This document shows, piece after piece, positions 8,830-18,600 of a stretch of 52,354 nt of DNA. Location: IMG/VR virus record IMGVR_UViG_3300026320_000002, one strand, 5' to 3'. How positions within the stretch are numbered: position 1 is the stretch's first letter; each line of letters begins with the position of its first letter. This stretch comes from a virus. Under the pieces are notes generated by a model that saw only the letters and a list, made by a program, of their open reading frames with translations, was not told where the DNA came from and did not search any database. The position numbers and the translations under genes are program-made.

Positions 8830-8851
8830 CCCCGGTTAAAACCGGGGTTTT
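8830..8851 (+). terminator. Rho-independent terminator
   Basis: CCCCGG-ttaaaa-CCGGGG followed by TTTT. Confidence 0.6.
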
Positions 8852-8869
8852 AACAGGGGAGAAACGACC

Positions 8870-9514
8870 ATGGCTGACCGACTGAGCATCTACAACGGGG
8901 CGCTGGGGGCGATAGGGGACCGTCGCCTACTCAGCACCACCGAAAATCGGGAGACCCGCCGGGAGCTCGATGGGGTGTGGGATCGCGGTGCGGTGCGCAC
9001 CTGCCTCTCCCACGGCCTGTGGAAGTTTGCCATGCGCGCTGCGCAGTGGCTCTACAGCCCTGATTTCACCCCGCCCTTCGGATTCAAGCGCGCGTTCAAC
9101 CACCCCGCCGACTGGATCCGCTGGGCGGGGGTGTGCGAGGACGAGTTCTTCAACGTCCCGCTGACTCGGTACATGGACGAGGCGGGGTACCTGTTCTGTG
9201 ACCTCGACATCATCTACGTGCGCTGGATCTCGGATGATCCGCAGTGGGGCATGAACCTCGCCCTTTGGCCCGATGGATTCCAGCGCTACGTGGAGCTGTA
9301 CTTCGCCAGCAAGGTCGTGACCCGGCTGACCAACAGCCAGCGGGTGAAGGACGATGTGATGAAAGATCTGGACGCGGCCTTGAAGCGCGCCAAGAGCAAC
9401 GATGCGATGGAGGATCCGACGCAGTTCCTGCCCGTGGGCACCTGGAGCCAGGCGAGGCGCGGCCGGCGCACCTGGGGTGGGGATCGGGGCAGCCGCAATC
9501 AGCTGATCGGCTAG
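8870..9514 (+). CDS. Tail tubular protein A / adaptor (T7 gp11-like position)
   Basis: 214 aa. The N-terminus MADRLSIYNGALGAIGDRRL is typical of podovirus gp11-like proteins, and the size and position fit. Confidence 0.55.
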   Translation: MADRLSIYNGALGAIGDRRLLSTTENRETRRELDGVWDRGAVRTCLSHGLWKFAMRAAQWLYSPDFTPPFGFKRAFNHPADWIRWAGVCEDEFFNVPLTRYMDEAGYLFCDLDIIYVRWISDDPQWGMNLALWPDGFQRYVELYFASKVVTRLTNSQRVKDDVMKDLDAALKRAKSNDAMEDPTQFLPVGTWSQARRGRRTWGGDRGSRNQLIG

Positions 9515-9529
9515 AAGGGGCCTGCTCAA

Positions 9530-12280
9530 GTGCCACAGCAGACCCAGGCCACCCTGGCCTTCAACCGCGGGATCCTCTCGGATCTGGGGCTCGCGCGCAT
9601 TGATCTGACGCGCTATCGGATGGCCGCGCTCACCATGGTGAACTGGATCTGCAGGGTCCTGGGCAGCATGAGCCTGCGGCCCGGACTCGGGTACCTCACG
9701 GGCACCAAGAACAATCTGCTGGCCAAGGCCCTGCCTTTCGTCTTTTCCCACGATGATCTGGCGCGCATCGAGGTCACGCAGGGCACAATCCGCGTGCTCA
9801 TCTCCGATGCCCTGGTCACCCGGCCCGCCGTCACCGCCGTGATCACGAACGGCACCTTTGCGGGGAGTCTGGCCGGCTGGACGGATTCGGACGAGACCGG
9901 GGCGGCGAGCACCTGGAATGCCGGCGGGTTCGCCCAGCTCGTGGGCACGGGCACCAACAATGCGATCCTGGACCAGCAGGTCACGATCAACGAGAGCGGC
10001 ATCGAGCATGCCCTCCGGATCGTCATTACCCGCGGGCCCATCACCTTCCGCTGTGGCACCACCCAGGGCGATGACTCCCTGATCCACGAAACTTTTCTCG
10101 GCGTGGGCACACACTCCCTCACCTTCACCCCGGTGACCGGCTCGGTGTGGATCCGCTTTATGAACCCGAACATCCCGGCCGCCTACCTGGTATCGGTGGC
10201 GATCGAGGGGGCCGGGATCCTCGAGCTCCCCAACCCCTGGCTGAGCACGGACCTGGGCAACATCCGCTCGGCCCAGTCCGCTGATGTGACCTACGTCGCG
10301 GTCCCAGGCTACCAGCAGCGAAAGATTGAACGCCGCTCGCTCCGTTCCTGGTCGATCGTGCTGTACGAGCCCACGGACGGGCCGTTCCGGGTGCTCAATG
10401 TGACGCCCATCACCCTCACCGGGAGCGCGCTCTCAGGGGACATCACCGTCACGGCGAGCAAGCCGCTCTTTAAGCCCACCCAGGCCGGCGCGCTCTTTCG
10501 CATCGCCTCGGTCGGCCAGAACACCGCGGCCAGCATCTCCTCGGATAGCACCTTCACCGATCCGATCCGGGTCGATGGCATCGGGGATCAGCGCGCCTTC
10601 GCCTGGCAGGTCGCCGGCGTCTTCGTCGGGACGGTCACGCTGCAGGTGTCCGTGGGGGCGCCGGGCGCCTGGTCGGATGTGGCGAGCACCACGGTGCCGG
10701 CCTTCACCCCGGCCTACAACGACACCTTCGACAACCAGGTCATGTACTACCGCCTCGGCATCAAGGCGGGCCAGTACACCTCGGGCACTGCGGTGTGTAC
10801 CCTTTCCTTCAGCGCCGGTTCCATCACCGGGATCGTCAAGATCCGCTCCATCACGGATTCCACCCACGCGCAAGCCTCCGTGCTCGCCTCCCTCGGGGGC
10901 ACGACCGAGAGCGCGGACTGGTCGGAAGGCGCCTGGTCGGATTTCCGGGGATGGCCCCAGACGGTCAAGATCCACGAGGGGCGCCTGTGGTGGTTCGGGA
11001 TCACCATCTACGGCTCAGTGTCAGATGACTTCGAGAACTTCGATGACAACACGCTGGGGCCCAGCGCGCCAATCTCGCGCAGCATCGGGGAAGGGGCGAT
11101 CGAGAACATCTACTGGGCAGTCTCGCTCCAGCGGCTCCTGGTGGGCACCGCATCGGCGGAGATGAGCTGTCGCTCCTCCAGCCTCGATGAGCCCCTCACC
11201 ACCACCAACTTCGTGATCCGCCCCTCGAGCAGCCAGGGGTCCGATAACGTCGATGCGCTGCGCCTGGACAAGTTCGGGATCTTCGTGCAGATCGGCGGTG
11301 AGCGCGTGTTCAAGATGGAGATCGACTACTTCGTCCAGGACTACAAGGCCGAGGACCTCACGCTCCTGGTGCCCGGCCTCAATGTGGCCGGTGTAGTGCA
11401 GATTGCAGTACAGCGGAAGCCCGACACTCGATTGCACTGCCGCCGAGGCGATGGGAGCGTGGCGATCCTGGTGCTCGATGCGGCCGAGAACGTGCTCGCC
11501 TGGCAGGAGTGGGAGAGCCCCAACGGGTTCGTGGAGGACATCTCGATCCTCCCGGCGGTGAGCTCGAGCGAGGATCAGGTCTATTACATCGTGCGCCGCG
11601 TGATCTTCGGGGTGACGGTGCGCTACCACGAGAAGTGGGCGCTGGAGAGCCAGTGCACGGGGCTGACCGATGCGCGGCTCCTGGACTCGCACATCATCTA
11701 CTCGGGCGCCGCGGTGACGACGATCGGGGGACTGGCGAGCCTCGCCGGCCAGGTGGTCTCGGTGTGGGGCTGGAATAGCGCCGTGCCCTACATCGATGGG
11801 AACGGCAACACGGTGGGCCGGGACCTGGGCACCTTCACGGTGAGCGCCGGCGGGCAGATCAGCGGCCTGCCCTTCCAGGTGACTGATGCCTGCATCGGCA
11901 TTCCCTACACCGCGCCCTGGCAGTCGATGAAGCAGGCGTTCGCGGCCGCCATGGGTACCCCGCTCAACCAGCTCAAGCGCATTGACAAGCTGGGCCTGAT
12001 CCTGAAGAACACCCACGCGCTGGGCATCCAGACCGGCGCGGACTTCGATCACCTCGATGACCTGCCGCTCGTGGACCTGCCGGTGCTGCAATCGGCCCAG
12101 AGCCTGGAGCCCGGGGAGGCCAATTACGCGGACGTCGATGCGATCCTCAACACCTACGATTACCAGATGAGTGCCTTCGATGATGTCTGGTCGACCGACT
12201 CGCGGGTGTGCCTGCAGGCCGCTTCCCCAAGGCCCTGCACGGTGCTGGCCTTCGCCGTTGAGATGGCCACGGAGGGCTGA
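9530..12280 (+). CDS. Tail tubular protein B / nozzle (T7 gp12-like position)
   Basis: 916 aa with a GTG start, directly after the gp11-like gene. The call rests on size and synteny. Confidence 0.5.
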   Translation: MPQQTQATLAFNRGILSDLGLARIDLTRYRMAALTMVNWICRVLGSMSLRPGLGYLTGTKNNLLAKALPFVFSHDDLARIEVTQGTIRVLISDALVTRPAVTAVITNGTFAGSLAGWTDSDETGAASTWNAGGFAQLVGTGTNNAILDQQVTINESGIEHALRIVITRGPITFRCGTTQGDDSLIHETFLGVGTHSLTFTPVTGSVWIRFMNPNIPAAYLVSVAIEGAGILELPNPWLSTDLGNIRSAQSADVTYVAVPGYQQRKIERRSLRSWSIVLYEPTDGPFRVLNVTPITLTGSALSGDITVTASKPLFKPTQAGALFRIASVGQNTAASISSDSTFTDPIRVDGIGDQRAFAWQVAGVFVGTVTLQVSVGAPGAWSDVASTTVPAFTPAYNDTFDNQVMYYRLGIKAGQYTSGTAVCTLSFSAGSITGIVKIRSITDSTHAQASVLASLGGTTESADWSEGAWSDFRGWPQTVKIHEGRLWWFGITIYGSVSDDFENFDDNTLGPSAPISRSIGEGAIENIYWAVSLQRLLVGTASAEMSCRSSSLDEPLTTTNFVIRPSSSQGSDNVDALRLDKFGIFVQIGGERVFKMEIDYFVQDYKAEDLTLLVPGLNVAGVVQIAVQRKPDTRLHCRRGDGSVAILVLDAAENVLAWQEWESPNGFVEDISILPAVSSSEDQVYYIVRRVIFGVTVRYHEKWALESQCTGLTDARLLDSHIIYSGAAVTTIGGLASLAGQVVSVWGWNSAVPYIDGNGNTVGRDLGTFTVSAGGQISGLPFQVTDACIGIPYTAPWQSMKQAFAAAMGTPLNQLKRIDKLGLILKNTHALGIQTGADFDHLDDLPLVDLPVLQSAQSLEPGEANYADVDAILNTYDYQMSAFDDVWSTDSRVCLQAASPRPCTVLAFAVEMATEG

Positions 12281-12900
12281 TGGATCCCACCCTCATGGAC
12301 CCGCGCGCCGCACCTGCGAGCATCCTTCGCTCCCCGATCGAGCCGCCAGGCCCCCCGCTCGTGCGGCGCATGAAAAGCGCCACCTACACCCGCGAGAGCC
12401 TCGCGCAGGTGCGCGCCGATGGGATCGAGCAGCTCCTCGAGCTGCACTACCGGGAGATCGCGCACTTCCAGGATATTGCGCTCGACGTAGACTGGGAGAA
12501 GTACGAGCGGGCCGAGGCGAGCGGGCACCTGCGTGCCTTCATCGCCCGGGTCGATGGGCGGATGGTGGGCTACATGGCGATACTGGTCGATCACAACGGG
12601 CACTACCGCGGGAGCCTGCAGGCCGTCCAGGACGTGCTATTCATCGAGCCTCGGTGGCGCGGCGGGTGGCTCGCCTACCGCCTACTCCACTTTGCCCACC
12701 TCGCCCTCCTGGCCGAAGGGGTGCAGGTGGTGTACCAGCACATCAAGGCGCAGCACGATCACAGCCGATTGCTGCTCAAGATCGGCTACGAGCTCGTGGA
12801 TTTGATCCTCGCCAAGCGCCTCGATCGCGACGTCGCGCTGGCCAAGCACCTCTCGCGCATGGGCTCTGCCGAGCGCAGCGCACTTGAGGGAGGGGCGTAA
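12280..12900 (+). CDS. GNAT-family N-acetyltransferase in the internal-virion-protein region
   Basis: 206 aa. FIEPRWRGGWLAYRLLHFAHLALLAEGVQVV matches the GNAT motif-A pattern (R-x-x-G-x-x-x-A). The ATG overlaps the upstream TGA. Confidence 0.65.
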   Translation: MDPTLMDPRAAPASILRSPIEPPGPPLVRRMKSATYTRESLAQVRADGIEQLLELHYREIAHFQDIALDVDWEKYERAEASGHLRAFIARVDGRMVGYMAILVDHNGHYRGSLQAVQDVLFIEPRWRGGWLAYRLLHFAHLALLAEGVQVVYQHIKAQHDHSRLLLKIGYELVDLILAKRLDRDVALAKHLSRMGSAERSALEGGA

Positions 12901-13365
12901 ATGGGTGCCACCGCACTGATCGCCGCGACCGCCGTCACCGCGCTGAGCAAGATCGGGGCGGGCAACGCCAAGAAGGCCGAAGCCGACTACTCCGCCGGCG
13001 TGCTCGATCAGGAAGCCGGGCAGACCGTGGCGAGCAGCATCCAGGGCATGCTGATCGAGCGACGGCGGAAGGACCAGGTGGCGAGTGCCGCGAAGGCCTC
13101 GCTCGCCGCCAGCGGCGCCACCTCGACCGATCCGTCCGCCGTCAAGGTACGCGGCCAGATCGAGGGAGCTGGGGAGTACCAGGCCCTCACGAAACTCTAC
13201 GAGGGGGAGGATCAGGCCATCCAGCTGCGCTCCAAGGCGACGAGCCTGCGCTCCACCGGGAAGGCGGATCAGACCGCCGGTTATTTCGGGGCGGTCTCCA
13301 GCATCTTCAGCGGCGGCGGGTCCTGGTTCGACAAGTACGGAGGGGACGCGGCCACCGCGACCTAA
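12901..13365 (+). CDS. Small internal virion protein (T7 gp14-like slot) with an N-terminal hydrophobic segment
   Basis: 154 aa starting MGATALIAATAVTALSKIGAG, with SD gagggaggggcgtaaATG. Confidence 0.5.
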   Translation: MGATALIAATAVTALSKIGAGNAKKAEADYSAGVLDQEAGQTVASSIQGMLIERRRKDQVASAAKASLAASGATSTDPSAVKVRGQIEGAGEYQALTKLYEGEDQAIQLRSKATSLRSTGKADQTAGYFGAVSSIFSGGGSWFDKYGGDAATAT

Positions 13366-13368
13366 CCC

Positions 13369-15660
13369 ATGGCGGACATCCCCGACTACACCGCACTTGG
13401 CACCCCGCAGGCCCCAAGCCCCGCGCCGGCGCGCCGGCTCGCGCTCCAGGGGGATCTGTCCGGTGAGGTGCTGGCGCAGGCCGGTGAGGAGCTCGGACGG
13501 TCCCTTGATACTCTGGGGACCGACATCTACGAGCGCCAGCAGAAGGATCACATCGCGGCGGTGAACCTCGCGCGGGCGCAATCGAGCAACGCGAGCCTCG
13601 ATCACCAGATCGCCGTAGAGAGCGCCGCGGAGCAGACGCGCCAGGGCATCGCCAATGGGGAGATCCCCTACGAGGAGGCGCGGCAGCACTTCAACGAGCA
13701 GGTCGCCGCGATCCCCCCGCCCAACATCCCGAACCTGGACGCGGTGGGGACCGAGAACCAGAACAAGTACCTGGTGCGCAGCATCGCCACGGCGGGCTTC
13801 AAGGTCGACGCCGCGGTGGACGGCGCTCGTCGCCAGGACTTCAAGGACCAGTTCATCGGGAACATGCAGCGCCTCGATAAGCTCGCCGGCATGCCCGGGG
13901 CCGACATCGAGGCGATCAACGCCCAGGCCGATGCCTTCCGCCCGCTCGCCATCAAGGCGGGCGTCCCGGCCGTTGAGGTGGACAAGGCGATTGCGGACGT
14001 GAAGGACTCCAACTGGTTCAACCAGGCCGATCAGCGCGTCATGCTCGCGAAGGACAACTGGGGGGCGCTCAAAGTGCTCCAGCACGATCTGAGCGCCGCC
14101 GACGGCTACTACGCCGGGCGCCTCAAGACCGCGCGCCGCGATGAGTTGCTGCGCAGCGTGGTCAATGACCAGCTGATCCTCGAAAACCGCGCCGAGCACG
14201 AGCACGATAAGCGCGAGGCGAAAGCGGGCCAGGCCATGCGCCAGGCGGGCGAGATGATCTCGAGCACCATGCCGCTCTCCGCCCAGAACTGGGCGGAGCT
14301 GGGCGCCGAGGTTCAGGGCACCAGCTACGAGGCGGAGTTCGCCGGGCTCCAGAAAAACGAGGAGAAGGTCCAGGAGGTGGTGCGCATGCCACCTGCTGAT
14401 CAGGCCCGCTATGTGCAGCAGGAGGCAGGCAAGCTCGATGCGGCGCAGCCCGGCACGATGATCGAGCGGCTCCAGGCACGGGCGAACTTCGAGCGCCTGC
14501 AAAGCGCGGTCAACCAGAACTCGAAGCTGATGACCGACTCCCCGATCCTGTGGTCGGCCAATCGCAACGGGACGGAGGTCGCGGAGATCGACTTCACGGG
14601 CCTCGCCACCGAGCAGGGCCAGGCGCAGATCGGCCAGGCGCTCGCCGATCGGATGGCCACCATCCGCGCACTCCAGGCCAAGAACGGCACCCAGATCGGG
14701 GATAAGCCGATCCTGCCCCAGGAGGCGGCCGGATTGACGAGCTACCTGCAGAGCATCGAGCCCTACAAACGCGCCCTGGTGCTCACCGCGCTCCGCCGCT
14801 CCACGAAGGATGATCAGACCTACCAGGCCACCATGGATCAGATCGCCCCGCACTCGCCCGTTACCGCGATCGCCGGCACCATGGTGGGCGCCTCGGCCCC
14901 CTCACGGACGCCCGTCTGGTTCAACCCCGTCTACGCCCCGAAGCTCGATGATGTGCAGCTCGTGCTGCACGGGGAGGAACTCCTCAACCCCACCTCGGCG
15001 GGCAAGGCCGCTGGGCTCGAGACCGAGAAAGGGGGCCTGAAAGCCCCGATGCCCATGCCCCCGGACACGGGCCCGAATGGGCTGCGCACCGTCTTCGGGA
15101 ACGCCACCTCGGACATGTTCCGCGATAACACCCAGGGGTTCGATGCGTACTTCTCGGTCTTCAAGGACGCCTACGCCGCGCTCCTGGAGCGCAAGGGCAA
15201 CATGAAGGGGACCCCGGACACCCAGGCACAACGCCAGGCGCTCCAGATCGCCCTGGGGCAGATGACGACGTTCAACGGCAACCAGGTCTCAGTCCCCCGC
15301 GGCATGGATCCCTCCCAGTTCACCATGCTGGTGCGCGCCGCGGTCAGTCAGCAGGCCAAGGACCTGAAAGCCCCCGCCGACTGGCAGCAGCGCCTCTCGG
15401 GCTACCAGCTCGTGGATCTGGGGCGCACGCTGGGGAGCGGGCGCTTCGGGATCACGATCGGTGGGCTGCCCATGGTGAACCCGAACGGCAAGGGCTACTT
15501 CGCCATAGACCTGCGCGGCCAGTACGATCCGTCGCGCGGCGCCACGCCGGCGCACGAGCGCGTCCGGCCCAATGTGCCCACCGAGGGGTTCATCTACGAT
15601 CCGGTGGCCCGAAAGCTCATCCCGGATCCGGGCTGGGCGCGCACGAGCGCAACGCCATGA
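13369..15660 (+). CDS. Internal virion / ejection protein (T7 gp15-like slot)
   Basis: 763 aa, helical and charged composition. The call rests on size and position. Confidence 0.5.
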   Translation: MADIPDYTALGTPQAPSPAPARRLALQGDLSGEVLAQAGEELGRSLDTLGTDIYERQQKDHIAAVNLARAQSSNASLDHQIAVESAAEQTRQGIANGEIPYEEARQHFNEQVAAIPPPNIPNLDAVGTENQNKYLVRSIATAGFKVDAAVDGARRQDFKDQFIGNMQRLDKLAGMPGADIEAINAQADAFRPLAIKAGVPAVEVDKAIADVKDSNWFNQADQRVMLAKDNWGALKVLQHDLSAADGYYAGRLKTARRDELLRSVVNDQLILENRAEHEHDKREAKAGQAMRQAGEMISSTMPLSAQNWAELGAEVQGTSYEAEFAGLQKNEEKVQEVVRMPPADQARYVQQEAGKLDAAQPGTMIERLQARANFERLQSAVNQNSKLMTDSPILWSANRNGTEVAEIDFTGLATEQGQAQIGQALADRMATIRALQAKNGTQIGDKPILPQEAAGLTSYLQSIEPYKRALVLTALRRSTKDDQTYQATMDQIAPHSPVTAIAGTMVGASAPSRTPVWFNPVYAPKLDDVQLVLHGEELLNPTSAGKAAGLETEKGGLKAPMPMPPDTGPNGLRTVFGNATSDMFRDNTQGFDAYFSVFKDAYAALLERKGNMKGTPDTQAQRQALQIALGQMTTFNGNQVSVPRGMDPSQFTMLVRAAVSQQAKDLKAPADWQQRLSGYQLVDLGRTLGSGRFGITIGGLPMVNPNGKGYFAIDLRGQYDPSRGATPAHERVRPNVPTEGFIYDPVARKLIPDPGWARTSATP

Positions 15661-18600
15661 CCGATCTCAGCCCCTACGAGGAGGAGCGCCTGAGCAACGC
15701 CGGGCCTGCGATCAATCCGTGGGAGGGCCCGGCGCCGGTGAGCACCTGGTCCGGCTTCCTGCACGATGATGACTATGGCTACGCCGCCCCGCTCGCCCGG
15801 ATCCTCGAGGTGCCAGGCCACGCGGTGGCGGCCGGTGAGGGCATGCTCGCCGGCCTGGCGCACGATTCCTATGGTCTCGTCGATCATGTCCTCGGGGGGA
15901 TCCCCGGCGTGCACAAGTACGTCACGCAGCCGATCATCGATGAGGCGGACTGGTGGCGGAACGATGCCAAGGAGCGCGTCCAGGCCCTCACCCCCAGCGC
16001 CACGCAGGTGGGCTCGGCGATCCAGACGGGCCACTCCCTGCTCACCGCCCTGACCGAGGCGGGCTTCGGCGGTGCGGCGGCCGGCCCGTACCTCGCCGCC
16101 GCGACGGTCGGGGGCAGCCAGGGCTACGAGCGGCGTGCGCAGCTGGAGGCTTCTGGCGTGGCCCCGGCGCCGGCCGGGTTTATCGGATTGGAGACCGCCG
16201 CGACGAGCGCCGCCGGGGTCCTCACCCCAGGGCTCGGTGGGGTAGGGACCAGCCTGATGGCCCGCTTGCTCACCGGTGCGGGCGCGAACGTGGGCTTCGG
16301 GGTGGCCAATCGCTACGCTGATCACCTGACCCTCGAGGCGGCCGGCTACCCGGACATGGCCCAGCAGCAGAAGGTCTGGGACGGCTACTCGATGCTCTTC
16401 GATGCGGTCCTGGGTGCCGGATTCGGCGGGCTGGGGCACCTGCACCACCAGGCGGGTATGCGCGATCTGAGCGCCCGCCTGGCCGCGCTACGCCAGATTC
16501 CGGGCGTGGAGGATGCCGTCATGGCCGCGCAGCTGGGCCTGCGCGCTCAAGGACTTGGGCCCGGGATCCCCGCGGATCCGGCCGCTGCGGCCGCGCACCA
16601 CGCCGCGCTCGAGAAGGCCACCGAGGATCTGATCAACGGGCAGCCGGTGGATGTGTCCGGCACCGGGGTCGACACGGCCAACTTCGTGCCCTTCTACCAT
16701 GGCTCCCCGCACGAGTTCACCTCGTTCGAGGCCGGTAGGATCGGCACCGGGGAGGGCGGCGACAGTTTCGGGCACGGCATCTACCTGGCCGAATCCCGAG
16801 CCGTGGCCGACAGCTACGCCGAAGCGCTAGGCGCGAGGAGCATCCGGCTGGGTGAGAAGGTGGTCGCTCCGAACGATTTCCCGATCGACAGTCCCCAGCG
16901 CCAGGCCCTCAGCGCGCTGATGAACCACAACGGCGTCATTCCCGAAGCGATTGCAGGCCTGCGCGCTCAGGCCAAGGGTGTGGAGGACAGCGCTCATTTC
17001 GAGGCCGCCGCAAAGTGGCTGGAGAAAAACCGCAAGCAGATCAGCTCCACGATCGGGAACGTCTACCAGGTCCGCGTGCCCTCCGAGGCGGTCGGGCGCA
17101 TGCTCGACTGGAACGCGCCCCTGAAGGACCAGCCACCCGCGGTGCAGCAGTACATGCACTCACTCGGCCAGGAGAAGCTCGGAATGCTGGTCAACCACGG
17201 GGTGCCGCTGAAGGACTACTCGGTGCTCGATCGAAAAACCGGGAAGGATCTTTACGAGGGGCTCGCCCTTCAGCATCTCCGCACCGCCGGGGAGGGGGCC
17301 GATCACGCCGCCTTCGCCTCGGGCGAGCTGCAGCGCTCCGGTATCCCGGGCCTGCGCTACCTCGATGCCTTTTCCCGCAGCGGAGAGGCGCTCAAGGCGC
17401 CCACCCGCAACGCCGTGCTGTTCGAGGAGAAGCTCGCACAGGTCGCCGCCCGCGAAGGGGCCCGTCCCTACCAGGCGCCCGAGCAGCCCATCAGCACCGC
17501 CGGACTTGATCCACGTGAAACAATCCTCGTGAAGTCCTTCCAGGACGCGGGGTTACTGGAGGCGCAGCGCAACGTCGAGGCGCTCGAGCAGGCCCTCAAC
17601 GTGCGCCTGGGCCGCGGAGCACCGGAAAGGATTACCGCACCATTGCGGCCCGAGGGCACCCCGAGCTCCCCCTCCCCGACCGCACCGGTGGGCAAGCGCT
17701 GGTATGCCGATCGTGGGGCGATCCCAGGGGAGCCGGCGCAGTACCTGGACGTGCAGGGCGATGATCTGGACACCGCCAAGGCGGTGATCGTCGAGCGCCC
17801 CATGGAGGGGACGAGCAACTCCACCTGGGAGGCGCTCCTGCCTGGCGGCCAGAGCCTCGGGGTCTTCGACACTGAGGAGGAGGCCGGCCGCGCGGCCGAG
17901 GTCGCGGTTGACAAAACCGGCACCACGTCGGGTTCGGTTGCCTCGGAGCTCGCAGCTGCTCGAAAGGCCCCGCCTCCGGGCTTCAAGATCCACCCGGATG
18001 AGATCCCGCGGGCCGACCCGGGCAAGCTCACCGAGGCGCAGCGCGCGATCGAGACTCGCTTCGCCGAGCAGATCGCCCGGGACCCGGAAGCCGCCGAGCA
18101 CCAGTACGCCCAGATTGAGGAGACTGATGGCGGGCGGATCCTCAACACCGACACCGCGCGCGAGCTCTCGGAGGACTACCTGAACGACAGAAGCCAGTCA
18201 GCGGCCGTGCATGAGCCGTCCAGCTGGCTGATCAAGCGCCTTTACGCCCGGATGCTGAAAGAGGCCCCGAAGCCGGGCTTCGATCCGCTGGTGCTGTTCA
18301 TGGCTGGCGGCACGGGGGCGGGCAAGACCAGCATGGTGCGCGCCACCGCCGGGGAGCTGTTCAGCAGGGCGCAGATCATCTACGACACGAACATGAGCGG
18401 CCTGGATGGGGCGATCGGCAAGATCAACCAGGCCCTCGATGCCGGCAAGCGCGCGGATGTGGTGTACATCTACCGCGATCCGGCTGAGGCCCTCGCCCAC
18501 GGCGCTCTCACGCGCGCCATGAAGCAGGAGGCCCAGTGGGGTTCGGGGCGGACCGTGCCGCTCGAGGAGCACACCAATACGCACGTGGGCTCCAATCATG

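Noticed and set aside
12682-14853. Very long antisense ORFs opposite the structural genes. Examples are 12682..14853 (723 aa), 2034..3290, 8927..10114, 20435..21808, 50267..51832, 42231..43826 and 22870..24262.
   Set aside because: These are typical shadow ORFs of GC-rich DNA. The products are Arg/Gly/Pro/Ala-rich with no motifs. Their third positions coincide with the sense-strand first positions, and the sense strand has the strong GC3 bias, SD sites and recognisable proteins.
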